From: the human T2T-CHM13v2.0 reference genome, Homo sapiens
Direction: 5' to 3' (one strand)
NCBI RefSeq assembly: GCF_009914755.1
Contig: NC_060925.1
Length of the DNA: 64,000 nt
Shown here: positions 42,278 through 59,202 of the stretch, piece by piece
Layout of the letters: each line of letters starts with the position of its first letter
How positions within the stretch are numbered: the stretch's first letter is position 1
Translations under genes and position numbers: made by a program
Notes under the pieces: generated by a model
Databases searched by the model: none
Told to the model about the DNA's origin: nothing
What the model saw: the letters and a program-made list of their open reading frames with translations, nothing else

Positions 42278-45022
42278 TAAAAATTTTTCTTGAGCAATTA
42301 AAAGCCTTGCAAGCTTGAAATTGGCTTCTCTAGGCTCCTTCTGGGAAAAGCAATAGGAACTTCTCAATGCTGTATAGCTCGGTAGCTAAGGCTTTATCTT
42401 TTGACACTGGTGGCCTGGGTTCAATTGTTGGCTGCTGAAATGATTCATTTCTGGTTTGTTATTTGTGTAACGTTGCCATTTATTGAGGTTTTTTCCCATC
42501 GTAGATAGCTTCTGATTTCCTCTCTTGAATTTTCCTTTCTCTGAACTACCTTGTGGAGATTCTAAATCTTATAAAAAAAAGAAACTGCTTACCATGTCTT
42601 TGAAGCACCTAGGAGGTTACATTTGGTAAAGTTCAGAAGCTAGAAGTATTGGCCACTTGGCATGGCTAAAGTCAGGTAATAAGAGATTTGAAAAGATTTC
42701 TTTTTTAAAGAGCACTATGGTTAAAAGTTAGGTTAATTAAAAGTGGATAAACAAGCTATAGATGTATTTAAAAGGCCATTGTTTTTCTCTTCTTGGAACT
42801 TGTTTTTCTGGAAAAAGGTTTTTCCTTCTAAGTCGACTGAACTATTTTTCTCCATTTTTTTGTCTTGCCACTCTTAATACACACATCAGAGCCCCTAAGA
42901 TAACTTCTGGTAGCTTGGGACTCCTTGGGAAAAACAGAGGAGGTGCTGCAGACCCCGCTTTGGGGAAAAAAACCCAAAACACTCTGTTTTCATCATGAAA
43001 CCCCAGGAATTAATAGCGGATAGATCCCTCTCAAAATCAAAGGCTTGTTCTGTTTTGCATTGTGTTGTCTGACGGTTTTGAGTTTGGGGGGCATCAGAAA
43101 TTACTTTGCATTATGAGAGAGCTTTGGTGTGTAATAACTAGGTAGGAAATATACTCTAAGGGATGGCTAATAGTAGTTAGGGAGGGGTACTTGACTCTTT
43201 GCACACTTGGATCAGAGAAGCATGCTCTTGGCCACCTGGAAGATAAGGAGACATCCCCACCCCCCACTGGGAGATGAGACTCTCATGAGGGATGGGCTGA
43301 TTGCAAAATGGGCTGATTGGCTTTGGGTTGCTTTGCAATGAAATGCAGGGTAGAAGCACTGCACTGTCCTCTCCAGTAGTATTTCCCTCCTTTTGGGATC
43401 CAGGATCAGTATAAAATGGCACCCTTAATTTTGGGGATGTGTCTCTGCCTTCAGCTGCTTATTTGCTGCTTATTTGGCCTTAGAAATGCATGCTTTCCAG
43501 GCCCTGTTCCTCCAAGGGCTCCACCCCGAAGCCAGTAATCCAATTAAGAAACTGGCAAATGAAAAACCTTACAAGTGCCTAATCTTCTCTCTGTATATTT
43601 ATATGTGTTGTATGTTTAGATATAAAAGAGCTCTGATTAATTGGCTTAGAAAAATAAGCGCTTAAATCAAATATTTTGTCAGAAAAATAGAAATTTTAAT
43701 GCCTTTTTTTCTCGTCATTTTAGTAATCTTTTGGAAATAAAGACAGTTTTAAAGATTATTGGTAAAATAAAATGTCTTGAAAATGTAGACATTTGGTCTA
43801 AATTAAGATCAGGTATCAGACTTGCTAAATATTTTAAGTTCAAACTGTTTCTTTGACTTTTGAAAATTGTTCGATTTACCTACTTTGGAGCATTAGATTA
43901 TAGATAATTCCTGCGGACATGGGGAGAGCCATGTCCGCTAGCTATGCTAAAAGGAGTCAGACCTTATCTTCATTTCTGTCTGATGTCCTAGGCTCCACCC
44001 CTAGTACATAATTAAAATCGCTTACTTGTCAGGTTTTTCACTAAAAATAAAAGGTGCTAAGAGTTAACATTGCAACATGTAGTCGAGACCGCTGGAGAAA
44101 CAGTTTTACATACAAGGTGTGTAGGGAATGTGTTTTAGGTAAAAGATTATAAGAAGGCATGGGAATATGGCTTTTGTTAAAGGGAATGTAATTTTGTCTA
44201 GTTCAGAGGGTTTTAAAGATTGTCTTAACCTAAAAGAGTAATGGAACAAAACTGAAGGTTTAAGCAAAGTGAAAAGGGTTTGAAAAGGGTTGATCTTGTA
44301 AAACTTCTGTGGGTATAAACAAGTTGGCTAAGATTTAAAAGAAATTATTTAGCTTTTCCCCATAGGTTAAAACATTAAAATCATACTGATGTGGGGCCAG
44401 AATCTGGGCCCATGTGTACGAATAACAGGGTTTTCTTAGAAAATTGATCTGCTGTTTGATGGAAAATTGTAAAGGGTTCTAAAAAGTTTATGAAAATCTT
44501 GCCTTATGGTGAAACTAATTAAAACTGGATAGAGATATAAAATTTTATCTAAAAAACTAGCTTTAACGTTAAAAGATGCACTAATGCAAACAAGAAATTT
44601 GGTTTTCTCTTTTGAAGATGATTTTTATGTAATGTTAAAAGATAATGAAAGGGTTTTGTTTTCTCCTTTGGGTAAATGGCAGGGAAAAAAAAGAGGAGAG
44701 AGATAAGAGACAGATTGAGTTGGCCTCATGCTATCTTCATTGGGTCTTGTTTGGAAAGCTAAGTCTTCTCTATCAGAGTGAAGGTTTTTCTTTTTTAAAA
44801 ATTGTTTTGGAGTTATCAATTCGGCCAAATGAATGATTTACGGTGATCTGGGATCTATTTTGTGATATCCTGTGTTTTAAACCTTTGATATTTGACAAGC
44901 TTTCCAATATCAAATTATAAATTCTGTCTCTTTCTAACCTAATATTTTAGATATTAGGTTCTTTAAAGTCCAAAAATGACATTTGGCTTATTTGGTACAA
45001 AAATCACACAGGAAGCATTGTC

Positions 45023-45454
45023 TGTCTCATGCGTCCATGTGAACAGACCACCAAACAGGCTTTGTGTGAGCAACAAGGCTGTTTATTTCACCTGGGCGCA
45101 GGCGGTCTGAGTCTGAAAAGAGAGTCAGCGAAGGGTGGTGGGATTATCGTTAGTTCTTATAGGTTTTGGGATAGGCGGTGGAGTTAGGAGCAATGTTTTT
45201 CGGGCAGGGGGTGGATCTCACAAAGTAAGTTCTCAAGGGTGGGGAGAATTACAAAGAACCTTCCTAAGGTGGGGGAAATTACAAAGTACGTTGATCACTT
45301 AGGGTGGGGCAGAAACAAATCACAATGGTGGAATGTCATCAGTTAAGGCTATTTTCACTTCTTTTGTGGATCTTCAGTTGCTTCAGGCCATCTGGATGTA
45401 TACGTGCAGGTCACAGGGCATATGATGGCTTAGCTTGGGCTCAGAGGCCTGACA
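45023..45454 (-). mobile_element. Solo HERV-H LTR (LTR7 family)
   Basis: Reverse complement begins TGTCAGGCCTCTGAGCCCAAGCTAAGCCATCATA; exact 5-bp TSD TTGTC at 45018-45022 and 45455-45459. Confidence 0.93.
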
Positions 45455-47242
45455 TTGTCAAATATGAAATGGTGTTTGGCTTTCTTTGGTCTCTATTTGT
45501 GTAAATGTGTTATTGGTATATGTTCTGAAGTAATGTAAAACTCCTATAATTCTAATATGACTTAGTCTATGTTATCTGTAATAATTATAATTATTATGTT
45601 AACAGACTGTGTGCTACAAAGGTAAATTTCCTTGTCAATTGTGTCTTTAACTGTGGCTGCCCTAAAATGTTTTTGTCATCCACAGATAATTGCTGTCTCG
45701 TTTTGGTCCTCTTTAAAAGATGGTTTTATAATCAGTTTTAAAATGTAACAGGTGCTCTTAAATGCAGGATTCTGATAAATAACTCTGGAGATTGTGACAT
45801 TTGAATAGAGGAAAAACTTTCAAATAGAAGAGTGAAGGGTGTTTGGTTCACTTTGGACTGTATTTGTATAAATATATTATTAGTATGTATTCCAAAATTA
45901 TGGGAAACTTCTACAATGTTGATATAATTTAGTGTACATTGATAATAATATTGTTATGTAAAATTGTATGCCATAGAAGTAATCAAAATTCCTAGTCAAT
46001 TGTAGCTTTAATAGGGCTTTAAAATTTGTGCTATTGGAATAGAGAAAAAAACCAAACTTCTAGGACTGTCATGGAGAGCTAATGTGTTAAACATTGCTAA
46101 ACATTTTGTTTCCAGAGTCAAGGGAACTTATTTCTTTAGAGGTATTTGCAACTTTTAACAAATGAATAAGATATACTCCTGAGAACAAAATTTGGAGCAT
46201 ATTTGTTCCTCTCTACCTGATTTCTCCAGAATTTGGAAATTATTTGTGAATATTCTCAATTTATGGCAGTATAGTTAATTGTGTAAGTGCAATAAGAAGC
46301 TATTTTCTTCTGTAACAGAACACAGTTGGAGAAACTGATTATTTTACCAAGGTTTTGAATGGAATGGCATGCTTCCTTTAAAGAATCAAAGTTGACTTAT
46401 AGAGCCAATTAAAGCCTGTTGGGGAATCTGACCTCATACCTTGTCTGCACAGTGTCCCCGTACAAGGTTCCTGACCTGTGGTAAGTAAGGAATTTCACTT
46501 TCTAACAGGCCCAGGAACCCCAAGTTGTCTTGGGACCTCAAGAGGAGAGGAATTTGCCCAACTCATAGGTATTTGTCGGTACAAACCCACAGCTGGGCTT
46601 GGCTTTTAAAAAGTCTTATCTGAGATTCTTCATGGAACAGAGTTCTATCAAAGCCAATTAAAAAAGTCTACATGAAAAATAATTATTCTTGCTGTACTTT
46701 TTACAAATAATTAGGCCAATTACAGTAAGACTAAAGTTTATTTTGTAAACGAATCAGTTCTATCATGATTTGTTTTTAAAAAAATGAAGACTGGAGAGAG
46801 AAAATTTATGCTTCAAAAGAAAAACTATAGTACACTGTTGTTAGCTATTCTTGAGGTTTTTTTCTGTAGTTTAGACTAAATTCCAAATTCTTTGTGGGCT
46901 AGAAGTCCTCAAACTAATGCTTTCAAATCTTTGTTTTTAAAATTGGGAATTGTACTCCTCAGCCTAGGACTCATTATTTACCTTATAATAGGCTGTTTCA
47001 CTTAAACACTGTAGTAAAACTATAGTTGAGAGTACTAATGTTTTTGCCATGAAAGCCCAGCCAGGCCTGCATGAGTCACTCAGACAGTTACAAAGCAGTT
47101 CAACTCTTCTCACCTTGGGATGCACTCCCATTTCCACTACGTCCTCTGTTGGCAGGAAGAAGCCAGAGCGATTTACAACCTTTTCCCATCTTCATAGCCT
47201 ACATCGTAAGACGAGGGCATTATAAAACCCAAAGGGAAGGAT

Positions 47243-47907
47243 TGAAACTGCCTTTGCAATATTATGACTGAGACAGTGAAAGAGATCTAAGTATACTGAC
47301 TCCATCTTGTTTCTAACCTCCAAGCTGTCCTTGTAGGCTGGGCATAGACTGAACTAACTTTGGGAAAAAACTTAGTTTATAGTTTAAACAAAGATGGTAA
47401 CAGCCCTTTCCCAAAGCAGGCCTCCTTCTTGCATGGGAACTAGATTGCCTTTGTAGGACTAACATTAGCTGCAAGATTAGAAATTATGGTTTAGGAGTCA
47501 TGCAGCTGGAGGCTACAAGATTCTGAGCCTCCCTAAATAGCTTCCAAGATCAGAGCTTGAGATATTTTGCAGACCCTGCACTTAATGGATCAGCTGGCAC
47601 CACTAAGATCAATAAACTGGCTCATCTGATCTTGTGACTCCCACCCAGGAACTGACTCAGTGCAAGAAGACAGGTCCGACTCCCTATGATTTCATCTCTG
47701 ACCAATCAGCACTCCTGGCTCACTGGCTTAGTTATCTTTAAAAACTCTGCTCCCCAAATGCTCAGGGAGACTGATTTGAGTAATAATAAAACTCTGGTCT
47801 CCCACATAGCTGGCTCTGCGTGAATTACTCTTTCTCTATTGCAATTCACCTGTCTTGATGAATCGGCTCTGTCTAGGCAGCAGGCAAAGCAACTTTGGGT
47901 GGTTACA
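47243..47907 (+). repeat. 3' LTR (LTR8-like)
   Basis: TGAAACTGCCTTTGCAATATTATGACTGAG...GGGTGGTTACA, homologous to 39450-40444. Confidence 0.9.
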
Positions 47908-48414
47908 CAATGAAAATATTAAGAAAAAATTTTAAATGTTTTACCGAGTTCAAAACAAGGAGACTATTTTATTGATTAAAATGGTTTGGGACTTAAGCGC
48001 TTTTTAAATTAACTTCATATTTTGGAGCTGCCAGTCAGATTCTCCCAGGGCTGAGATAGTGGCACTTTGCCATAGACTGGTTTCTGCCATAGGCATGTTT
48101 AGAAGGACAATGTCCCTCTTCAAGGATGACCTGTTCTACTTTGGGTGAGGATGAATGGCAGGAAATCTTCAGGCTAGGGGTTTGCAAACAGTAAGCAATA
48201 CAAATACATTTTATGTCGCAGTCCTGAATATATAAACATATGTATCTAGGTGAAGCAAAAATTCCATAGAAACAACACTTAACCTCACTCCAAGTGATGC
48301 ACTCATATTTTCCAGGCCAGTGCTACTCGAAGTTTGGTCCCTGAACTGCTTGCTTATCACCAGCCAGGGAGGAGATGAGTGCAGAAAGTCAGAGAAATTA
48401 AAGTGTTTTGCACA

Positions 48415-49165
48415 TTAAAAAGTGTCGACATCATTAGCCATTAGGGAAATGCAAATCAACACTACAATGGAGTACCACATCACACCCATTAGGGTGGCTA
48501 TGATAAAAAAGATAGATAATCTTAAGTGTTGGTGAGGATGTGGAGAAATTGGAAACCTCATGCATTGCTGGTGGGAATGTGAAGTGGTGCAGCTGCTGTG
48601 GAAAACAGTCTGGCAGTTCTTCAACAAGATAAACATAGAGTTTCCGTATGACCCAGCAATTCCATTCCTGGGTGTATACCCAACAGCTTGTACATGAATG
48701 CTCATAGCAGCGTTATTTATAATAGCCCCAAAGTGGAAACAACCCAAATGTCCATCAACTGATGGATGGATAAACAAAATATGGTATATCCACAAAATAG
48801 AATATTATTTGGCAATAAAAAGAAATGAAATACTGACACATACTGATGAACCTTGAAACATTATGCTAAAGAAAGAAGCCAGTCACCAAAGACCACATGG
48901 TGTATGATTCCATTTTTCTGAAATGTCCAGAATAGACACATTTATGGAGGTAGAAAGTAGTTTAGTGGTTGCCTAGGGCTGGGGTAATGGGAGTCTGAGG
49001 GAAATGGGTATTACCTGCTAATGGGTAGAAGGTTTCTGTTAGGATTGATCGAAGTGTTCTAAGATAGATTGTGGTGATCTGTGAATGTACTAAACACCAT
49101 TGAATTGTACACTTTAAATGGGTGAATTATATGTGAATTATATCTCAATAAAGCTGTTAAAAACA
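48415..49165 (+). mobile_element. L1M (L1MB-type) 3' end
   Basis: catcattagccattagggaaatgcaaatcaa...aaacaacccaaatgtccatcaac...tatatctcaataaagctgttaaaaa. Confidence 0.88.
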
Positions 49166-49173
49166 GAGTATTT

Positions 49174-49491
49174 GGCCAGGCGCGGTGGCTCACGCCTGTA
49201 ATCCCAGCACTTTGGGAGGCCAAGGCGGGTGGATCATGAGGTCAGGAGATCGAGACCATCCTGGCTAACATGGTGAAACCCTGTCTCTTCTAAAAAAATA
49301 CAAAAAAATTAGCCAGGCCTGGTGGCGGGTGCCTGTAGTCCCAGCTACTCAGGTGGCTGAGGCAGGAGAATGGAGTGAACCTGGGAGGCAGAGCTTGCAG
49401 TGAGCCGAGATTGCGCCACCGCCCTCCAGCCTGGGGGACAGAGCAAGACTCCATCTCAAAAAACAAAAACAAAACCAAAACAAAAACAAAA
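49174..49491 (+). mobile_element. Alu (AluY-like) in the L1MB tail
   Basis: gagatcgagaccatcctggctaac; TSD AAAAACAGAG(T/C)ATTT. Confidence 0.95.
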
Positions 49492-49582
49492 ACAGAGCAT
49501 TTTAGACACTTACAGTAAGTTGACATTAGTATGATATCTATGAGCATGATCCTTTTCCTAGTAATTCATTTTTATTGTTTTA

Positions 49583-49906
<324 letters not shown>

Positions 49907-49923
49907 CTATTTTGCTATTTTAA

Positions 49924-52550
<2,627 letters not shown>

Positions 52551-53909
52551 TAAAAAAATTCTAGTTTTCAGACACTAAATTGATTTCATTATCCAATGGG
52601 TTGTGACTTGTAGTTTGAAAAGTACTGCCCTGGGGGCACGGCACCCCAGCAGGGAAGGTTTGGTGACCTCAGCAACTGTCAGAGGTGAGTGGTGCCTTCT
52701 GGATAAACTAACACCTTGATCTGACTCTGCCCAGTCTCCTGCTCCTACATCGCATGTTCACACACAGGCCTTCCACTCCCATCCTACCCAACAACTTACT
52801 TTCCCCAACATGGCAAACCAGTTGGGATTCCAGTGTCTTTACAAATGATTCCTCTGCCAGGAATAACAAAACTTCAGTGCCATCCACCTAGAAAACACCT
52901 TGTTATTCTCCAAGTTGCAGCTCAGACATATTATCTCTACCTGGACCCACTTCCTCTTTGCTCCTCTTACCCCAAGTCCATAAAAGCAACCATTACACAG
53001 CATGGCAATCACACCGTTGCTGGTCCATCTGCCCCAGGAGATGGTGAGTTTCAGTAAGGTAGGTAAGATCTTTTGTTCATCTGTGCATCCTGGCGTTCAC
53101 CAAGGGGTCAGATGCATGGTCAGTGCTCAGAGCATAAATGTAGCATAGTTCACCCCTGTTTTTATGACAACTGGAATCCTTCCTGTCTGCTACACTAGAC
53201 AAAGAGCTAGGCAAAAAGCCCTCCAAGTAGAATCCTGCCCTTCCCACATCCTTGGCTTGGGGGGTGGGTTCCCCTTCCCTTGTATTTCTGGGCCATTTTA
53301 CCCAGTATGGTGGGTTAACATGGTGACTCCTGTTTCCTGGCTGCTTATGTGTCTCTCATTCCTTGCATCCTCCACCTTGGTACTGATGGACTTCTCTTTC
53401 TGTTTCCTACTGATATCTGGGGCCACGGGGTAAAATTTCCCAGCTTCTTTGATATGGGAAATCCTTATTTTGTACTGTGCCTTACAGATGGCAATTAGTT
53501 TCTAATCATGTTGCTTAAAAGAGGATCTCCCTTTTTTCCCCGTTCCTATCTGACCTAATTTTTTAATGTCTAGCTAGATCCAGGATACAATCCATTTATG
53601 ACACATAATATTGTGTTAATCCTGTTGCTTTCTCTCTCTTTCCCTCAAGCTCTTGACCATTTAGCAGTATTAAAACATAAAAGGTCAAATTGCCTCCGAC
53701 TTGAGGTGAGCAGCATAAAGAAATCAAGGGAGACAAACAGACTAAAACACATCGTTGACATGACTTAGAAAGGCACAGCAAAGTAGATGGAACTAAGCCC
53801 CATCTGGCCAAGTTTCCCACAAATTAGAGGTAAACTATATCTCATTACCATTAGCTACTTTCAAGCTGAATTGGGACTGACTTTGTGTTTCTGCCTCAGT
53901 AACGATGCA

Positions 53910-54160
53910 GTGTAGTACAGCACTTAGGAGCAAGGGCTCTGGGAATGCAATGTGTGAGTTCGTGCACTGGCTCTACTATTTACCAGCTGTGTGATCTTGG
54001 GCAAGTTACTTAACTTCTCTGTGTTCCTAGTTTCTTTCTGTAAAATGGAAATTGTATTTGTACACAACCCATAGGTCTGTTATAAGGATTAAACAAGTTA
54101 ACATAAAAAGGGCATATAACACTGTGCTGACCTAAAGTGAGTGCTCAATAAATTTTAGCT
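53910..54160 (+). mobile_element. MIR
   Basis: accagctgtgtgatcttgggcaagttacttaacttctctgtg...ctgtaaaatgg...gtgctcaataaat. Confidence 0.8.
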
Positions 54161-54406
54161 ATGATTAACTATTTCTGAGGACCTACTCTTCACGTATTCA
54201 TTAAAGCTATAGATCCAAGGAACAATGAAGCAGGAATTGATTTCTCATACCAAGCCTGTACCAGACCTTGCCTTTCTGTAGACACTTAATACCTCATTTA
54301 ATTTTTATAGTAACTCAATGAGATACATTCTGTTACCCCCATCTTATAGCAGAATTAAGCTCAGAAATGTTAGGTAAAAAGAGAAAAAGAAATCAAAGAA
54401 CACTAC

Positions 54407-55455
<1,049 letters not shown>

Positions 55456-56117
55456 GCCCCCACAACCCCCGGCAGTATCCTCTCATTGTAGCCTTTAGGC
55501 CTCTAAAGGATTCTGGTGAGAGGGAAATTATAATGTCCCCAATTCATGGCTGGGAATCTGAGCCAAGTCAGGTGGCCAGTGAGTGACAGAGCAGTGCCAG
55601 GAACTCAAATCCTTTGATGACAGTGATCATTGACCACAGGCAGCCTCACCCAGCTCGCTGCTCCAATGGCACTGACAATTCAGACCCATGCTCAAGCCTT
55701 GGTGATTTGTTGAGGAAGAAAATTCCCATGCACCAGTGACATGCTCAGCCAAGAAAGCTCCACACTTGGACTCCCACACACGCGCCCACCCTGTCAGAGC
55801 ATCTGGGTCAGGAGGTAACAGTCAAATTACCTCTTCTCAATCCCCTTCCCCTCTGGTAAGTTTCTCCCTTGGTGGTTCTTGGTGGCCTTTCCCACCAGTG
55901 GTCCTCAGCAGGGACCACATCAGCTCATCACAGAGGTTCCCATAGTCTTGAGTTGGAAAGAGGGAGGGATTGGATATTGATCCCTCTCTTCCTAGTTGAT
56001 GGAATTTTGTTGAATCTGATTTCAATTCCAAGAATTTTTCATGAGTCACATAAAATCTGAACCTGCTGTGGAAATTCAAATAACTTTTACTTATTGCCTA
56101 TAAATCACTTTGAATCA

Positions 56118-56432
<315 letters not shown>

Positions 56433-56569
56433 AGAAGAAATTTCTTTCTCAGTTGGATGAGTTTTAAATGGAAATCTAAATTTCCTTGGCTTAAGTCTGG
56501 GTTTCATCCACTGACAGCTTCATTGTTTTGTTACCTCTACCCCTCCACCATCCATTAGACCATAGCTAA

Positions 56570-56868
56570 TTTTTTTTTTTTTTTTGAGACAGAGTCTCAC
56601 TCTGTCGCCCATGCTGGAGTGCAGTGGCATGATCTTGGCTCACTGCAACCTCCTCTTCCCTGGGTTCAAGCAATTCTCATGCCTCAGCCTCCTGAGTAGC
56701 TGGGATTACAGGTGTGCACCACCACACCCAGCTAATTTTTTTATTTTTAGTAGAGATAGGGTTTTGCCATGTTGGCCAGGCTGGTCTTGAACTCCTGGCC
56801 TCAAATGATCTGCCTGCCTCGGCCTTCCAAAGTGCTGGGATTACAGGTGTGGCCACTGGGCGCAGCAG
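56570..56868 (-). mobile_element. Alu (AluS-like)
   Basis: Poly-T plus Alu; TSD ~AGACCATA. Confidence 0.93.
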
Positions 56869-58114
56869 ACCATAAGTAAATTAATCAATGTTTGCTTGAT
56901 GGAGAAAGTATGAATGGATGGGTGGAGGGACAGATGATGGACTGACTAATGGCAAGATGGACAAACAGATATGTGAATCTGTGAGCAGACAGATGGATAA
57001 GACCATGGTAATGACAACGTTGCCTTGTGATACACTTCTTAGCTACTTACTCATGATGATTTTATTGAACTAAATATTTGCTGGACCAGAAATCTCAATT
57101 ATTGACTGACTTTGAAAGTAGAAATGTAACTAAGATCTTTACGTATGCTTTGGCTAATTGCTTTCCCTCACTGCCATTTAGTTGGCTTTGTTTTCAGTGG
57201 TGACATGAATTTCAGATGGATATCATCACTTTGAAGGATCCTGGTCAAACCTTCAGCTACAAGGACTGCCCAGACTTAAGCCATGCCAAGGATTTGACTC
57301 CTTTCCAGCTCCTAGCATGCCTCAGTACCCCCTAAGAGGTGCTGCTGTGCTTCTGCTCCCAACACAGAACTCCCAGACCAAAGACAATTTCTGTCCCTCC
57401 AGATTACCCTCTCTCTTATGACAGGTCCTTTTAAAAGAGACCTTTGAAGAGTGGACAAACTAGATGAACTGTCCTCAGGTAGGGCTGCAGGTAATGGCTC
57501 AAGTTGCTTATTAATAGAATTTGGTAGCAAACCTATTTGGATGGAAGTGTCCTCTGTGTCTGCTGCTGCCTCACCCACCTTCTCCCTTGGGCCTGCCAAT
57601 GAAGTCTCTGTCCATTTTGCTCTCCATCCTGAATGCAATATCCCTAAGTCATGTGGGCCCTGGCCAGCTGCCCCTTTCTATTCCTGCTCCTGCCAGGCCC
57701 TCCCCATCCCACCTGCCTCCACCTAGCTTCTTGTTACTCAGGCCTATCTGTTTGCTCTCATCCAGCTCTGTTTGCTCTCACCCAGGCCTAGGGTACAGTT
57801 AGTTCTAACCGACAGAATGTTCTACATAGTGACAAGTTGAACTCTTCCTAGTAGTAATTCCACCTATAGAATTACCTACTCCACAGAATATGCTAATTCT
57901 ATTTCCACCCTCTGGGGCAACACAGAATAAATCCATTCCATCTTCTGCAGGAAGATCGTTTAGTGTTGAAGACAACTTTGAAGATGACTAATGTATCCCC
58001 TGAGACTTCACTCTAGGCTGATAGCTCCAGTTCCAGCAGTATTTCCTCGGGGCCGTTGCTTTCCAGGCCTTCACCATTCTGGACATTTTCTGGTTTTTTA
58101 TTCTTAAAATGTTT

Positions 58115-58425
58115 TTCAGAAGACTGAGGAACTGTCCCAGAATGGAGGCGACTAGGGAGACACGACAACTAAATGCTACATTGAAGCCTGGATTGGATTT
58201 TCTGTACCAGAAAAGGGAGATTAGTGGGACAATTAACTTAGTTTGAATAGGATCTGTAAAGTAGTTAACAGTATCAATGTCAATTTCCTGATTTTGGTAA
58301 TAATGTATGGTTATGTAAGATGTTAACATTTAAGAATGCTCAGTGAAAGGCATACGGGAATTATTTTTGCAGTTTTTTGGAAATTGAATATTATTTCAAA
58401 ATGAAAGGTTTTTAAGTTAAAAAAT
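58115..58425 (+). mobile_element. L1MC/MD-type 3'UTR fragment
   Basis: gactgaggaactgtcccaga...acaactaaatgc...tatcaatgtcaatttcctgattttg...ttatttcaaaatgaaag. Confidence 0.7.
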
Positions 58426-58436
58426 AATCTTTCAGA

Positions 58437-58720
58437 TGTGTTGGATTTGCATGGTGTCAATTTAGCTAAGCTGGAACTACAGCTCCCAGAATTCCTTTCT
58501 CTGTATAGTGTGGAGTTGGTGTGGGCTGCAAGAGATCTGTGTGTGAAATTCTGAAGGCAGAAGTGAGGGAGTGCCCGGGCGGGGCACCAAGTGCTGCTGC
58601 AGCCCATGCAGTTTGTTGTAGGGCAATGGCTATGCCCACAGCTCCAGCCTGATCTATTTCTGCTTCTTCGAGCCCTTGGCCTGGTACATACTTAGCTCCT
58701 TGTGTGAGGAAGGGCACCAT
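58437..58720 (+). mobile_element. Ancient ERVL-class LTR fragment
   Basis: tgtgttggatttgcatggtgtcaatttagctaagctggaactacagctcccagaattcc. Confidence 0.5.
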
Positions 58721-58899
58721 TTAGAAGGAACAGTGTGGAATCTTCAGGCTGCTCATTTTGTATTTGATAGATGCTGAGCATTTGCCCCAGTAAACATTTC
58801 AACGACCTATTTTAAAATCATTTTAATCTATTGGGAAGAAACTCAGTTGATGAGTTAGTTGATATTAGAACAGTATCAATGTGGTCTAAAATTTGGTTA

Positions 58900-59190
58900 C
58901 CTTTTTGAGAAATCAAGTCATAATGCTATCTCCTATTAAGCTAGTGTCAACTATAAATCTCCAGAAATTTCCCCACATGAGTTGCTCTCATCTAAGTCCT
59001 TCAGTTTATTCTCACAAGTAGTTTTTTGAACCTGAAGGTTTAGCTTTACATTTTTCCCCATAAAATTTCATCTTGGGACTTTTGGTTCATCATTCTAGCT
59101 ATTCTGACTAAATTGAATGTGGAATCTGTCATTTAATATATTAGTCATCCTTGCGAACTTTGCATTACTCATACATTTGATAAGAACGTA
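58900..59190 (-). mobile_element. L3/CR1 LINE RT fragment
   Basis: Minus-strand translation LIKCMSNAKFARMTNILNDRFHIQ resembles CR1 LIKFADDTKLGGIANTLEDRIKIQ. Confidence 0.6.
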
Positions 59191-59202
59191 TTCAGATTTT
59201 CT

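Larger units (their letters stand above)
39450..47907 (+). mobile_element. Complete ERV1-class LTR element, LTR8 / HUERS-P1-like (MER4 group), non-coding
   Basis: Two homologous TG...CA LTRs (39450-40444 and 47243-47907), TSD CAAT (39446-39449, 47908-47911), tRNA-Pro PBS, purine tract AAAGGGAAGGA before 3' LTR; no long retroviral ORFs. Confidence 0.88.
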
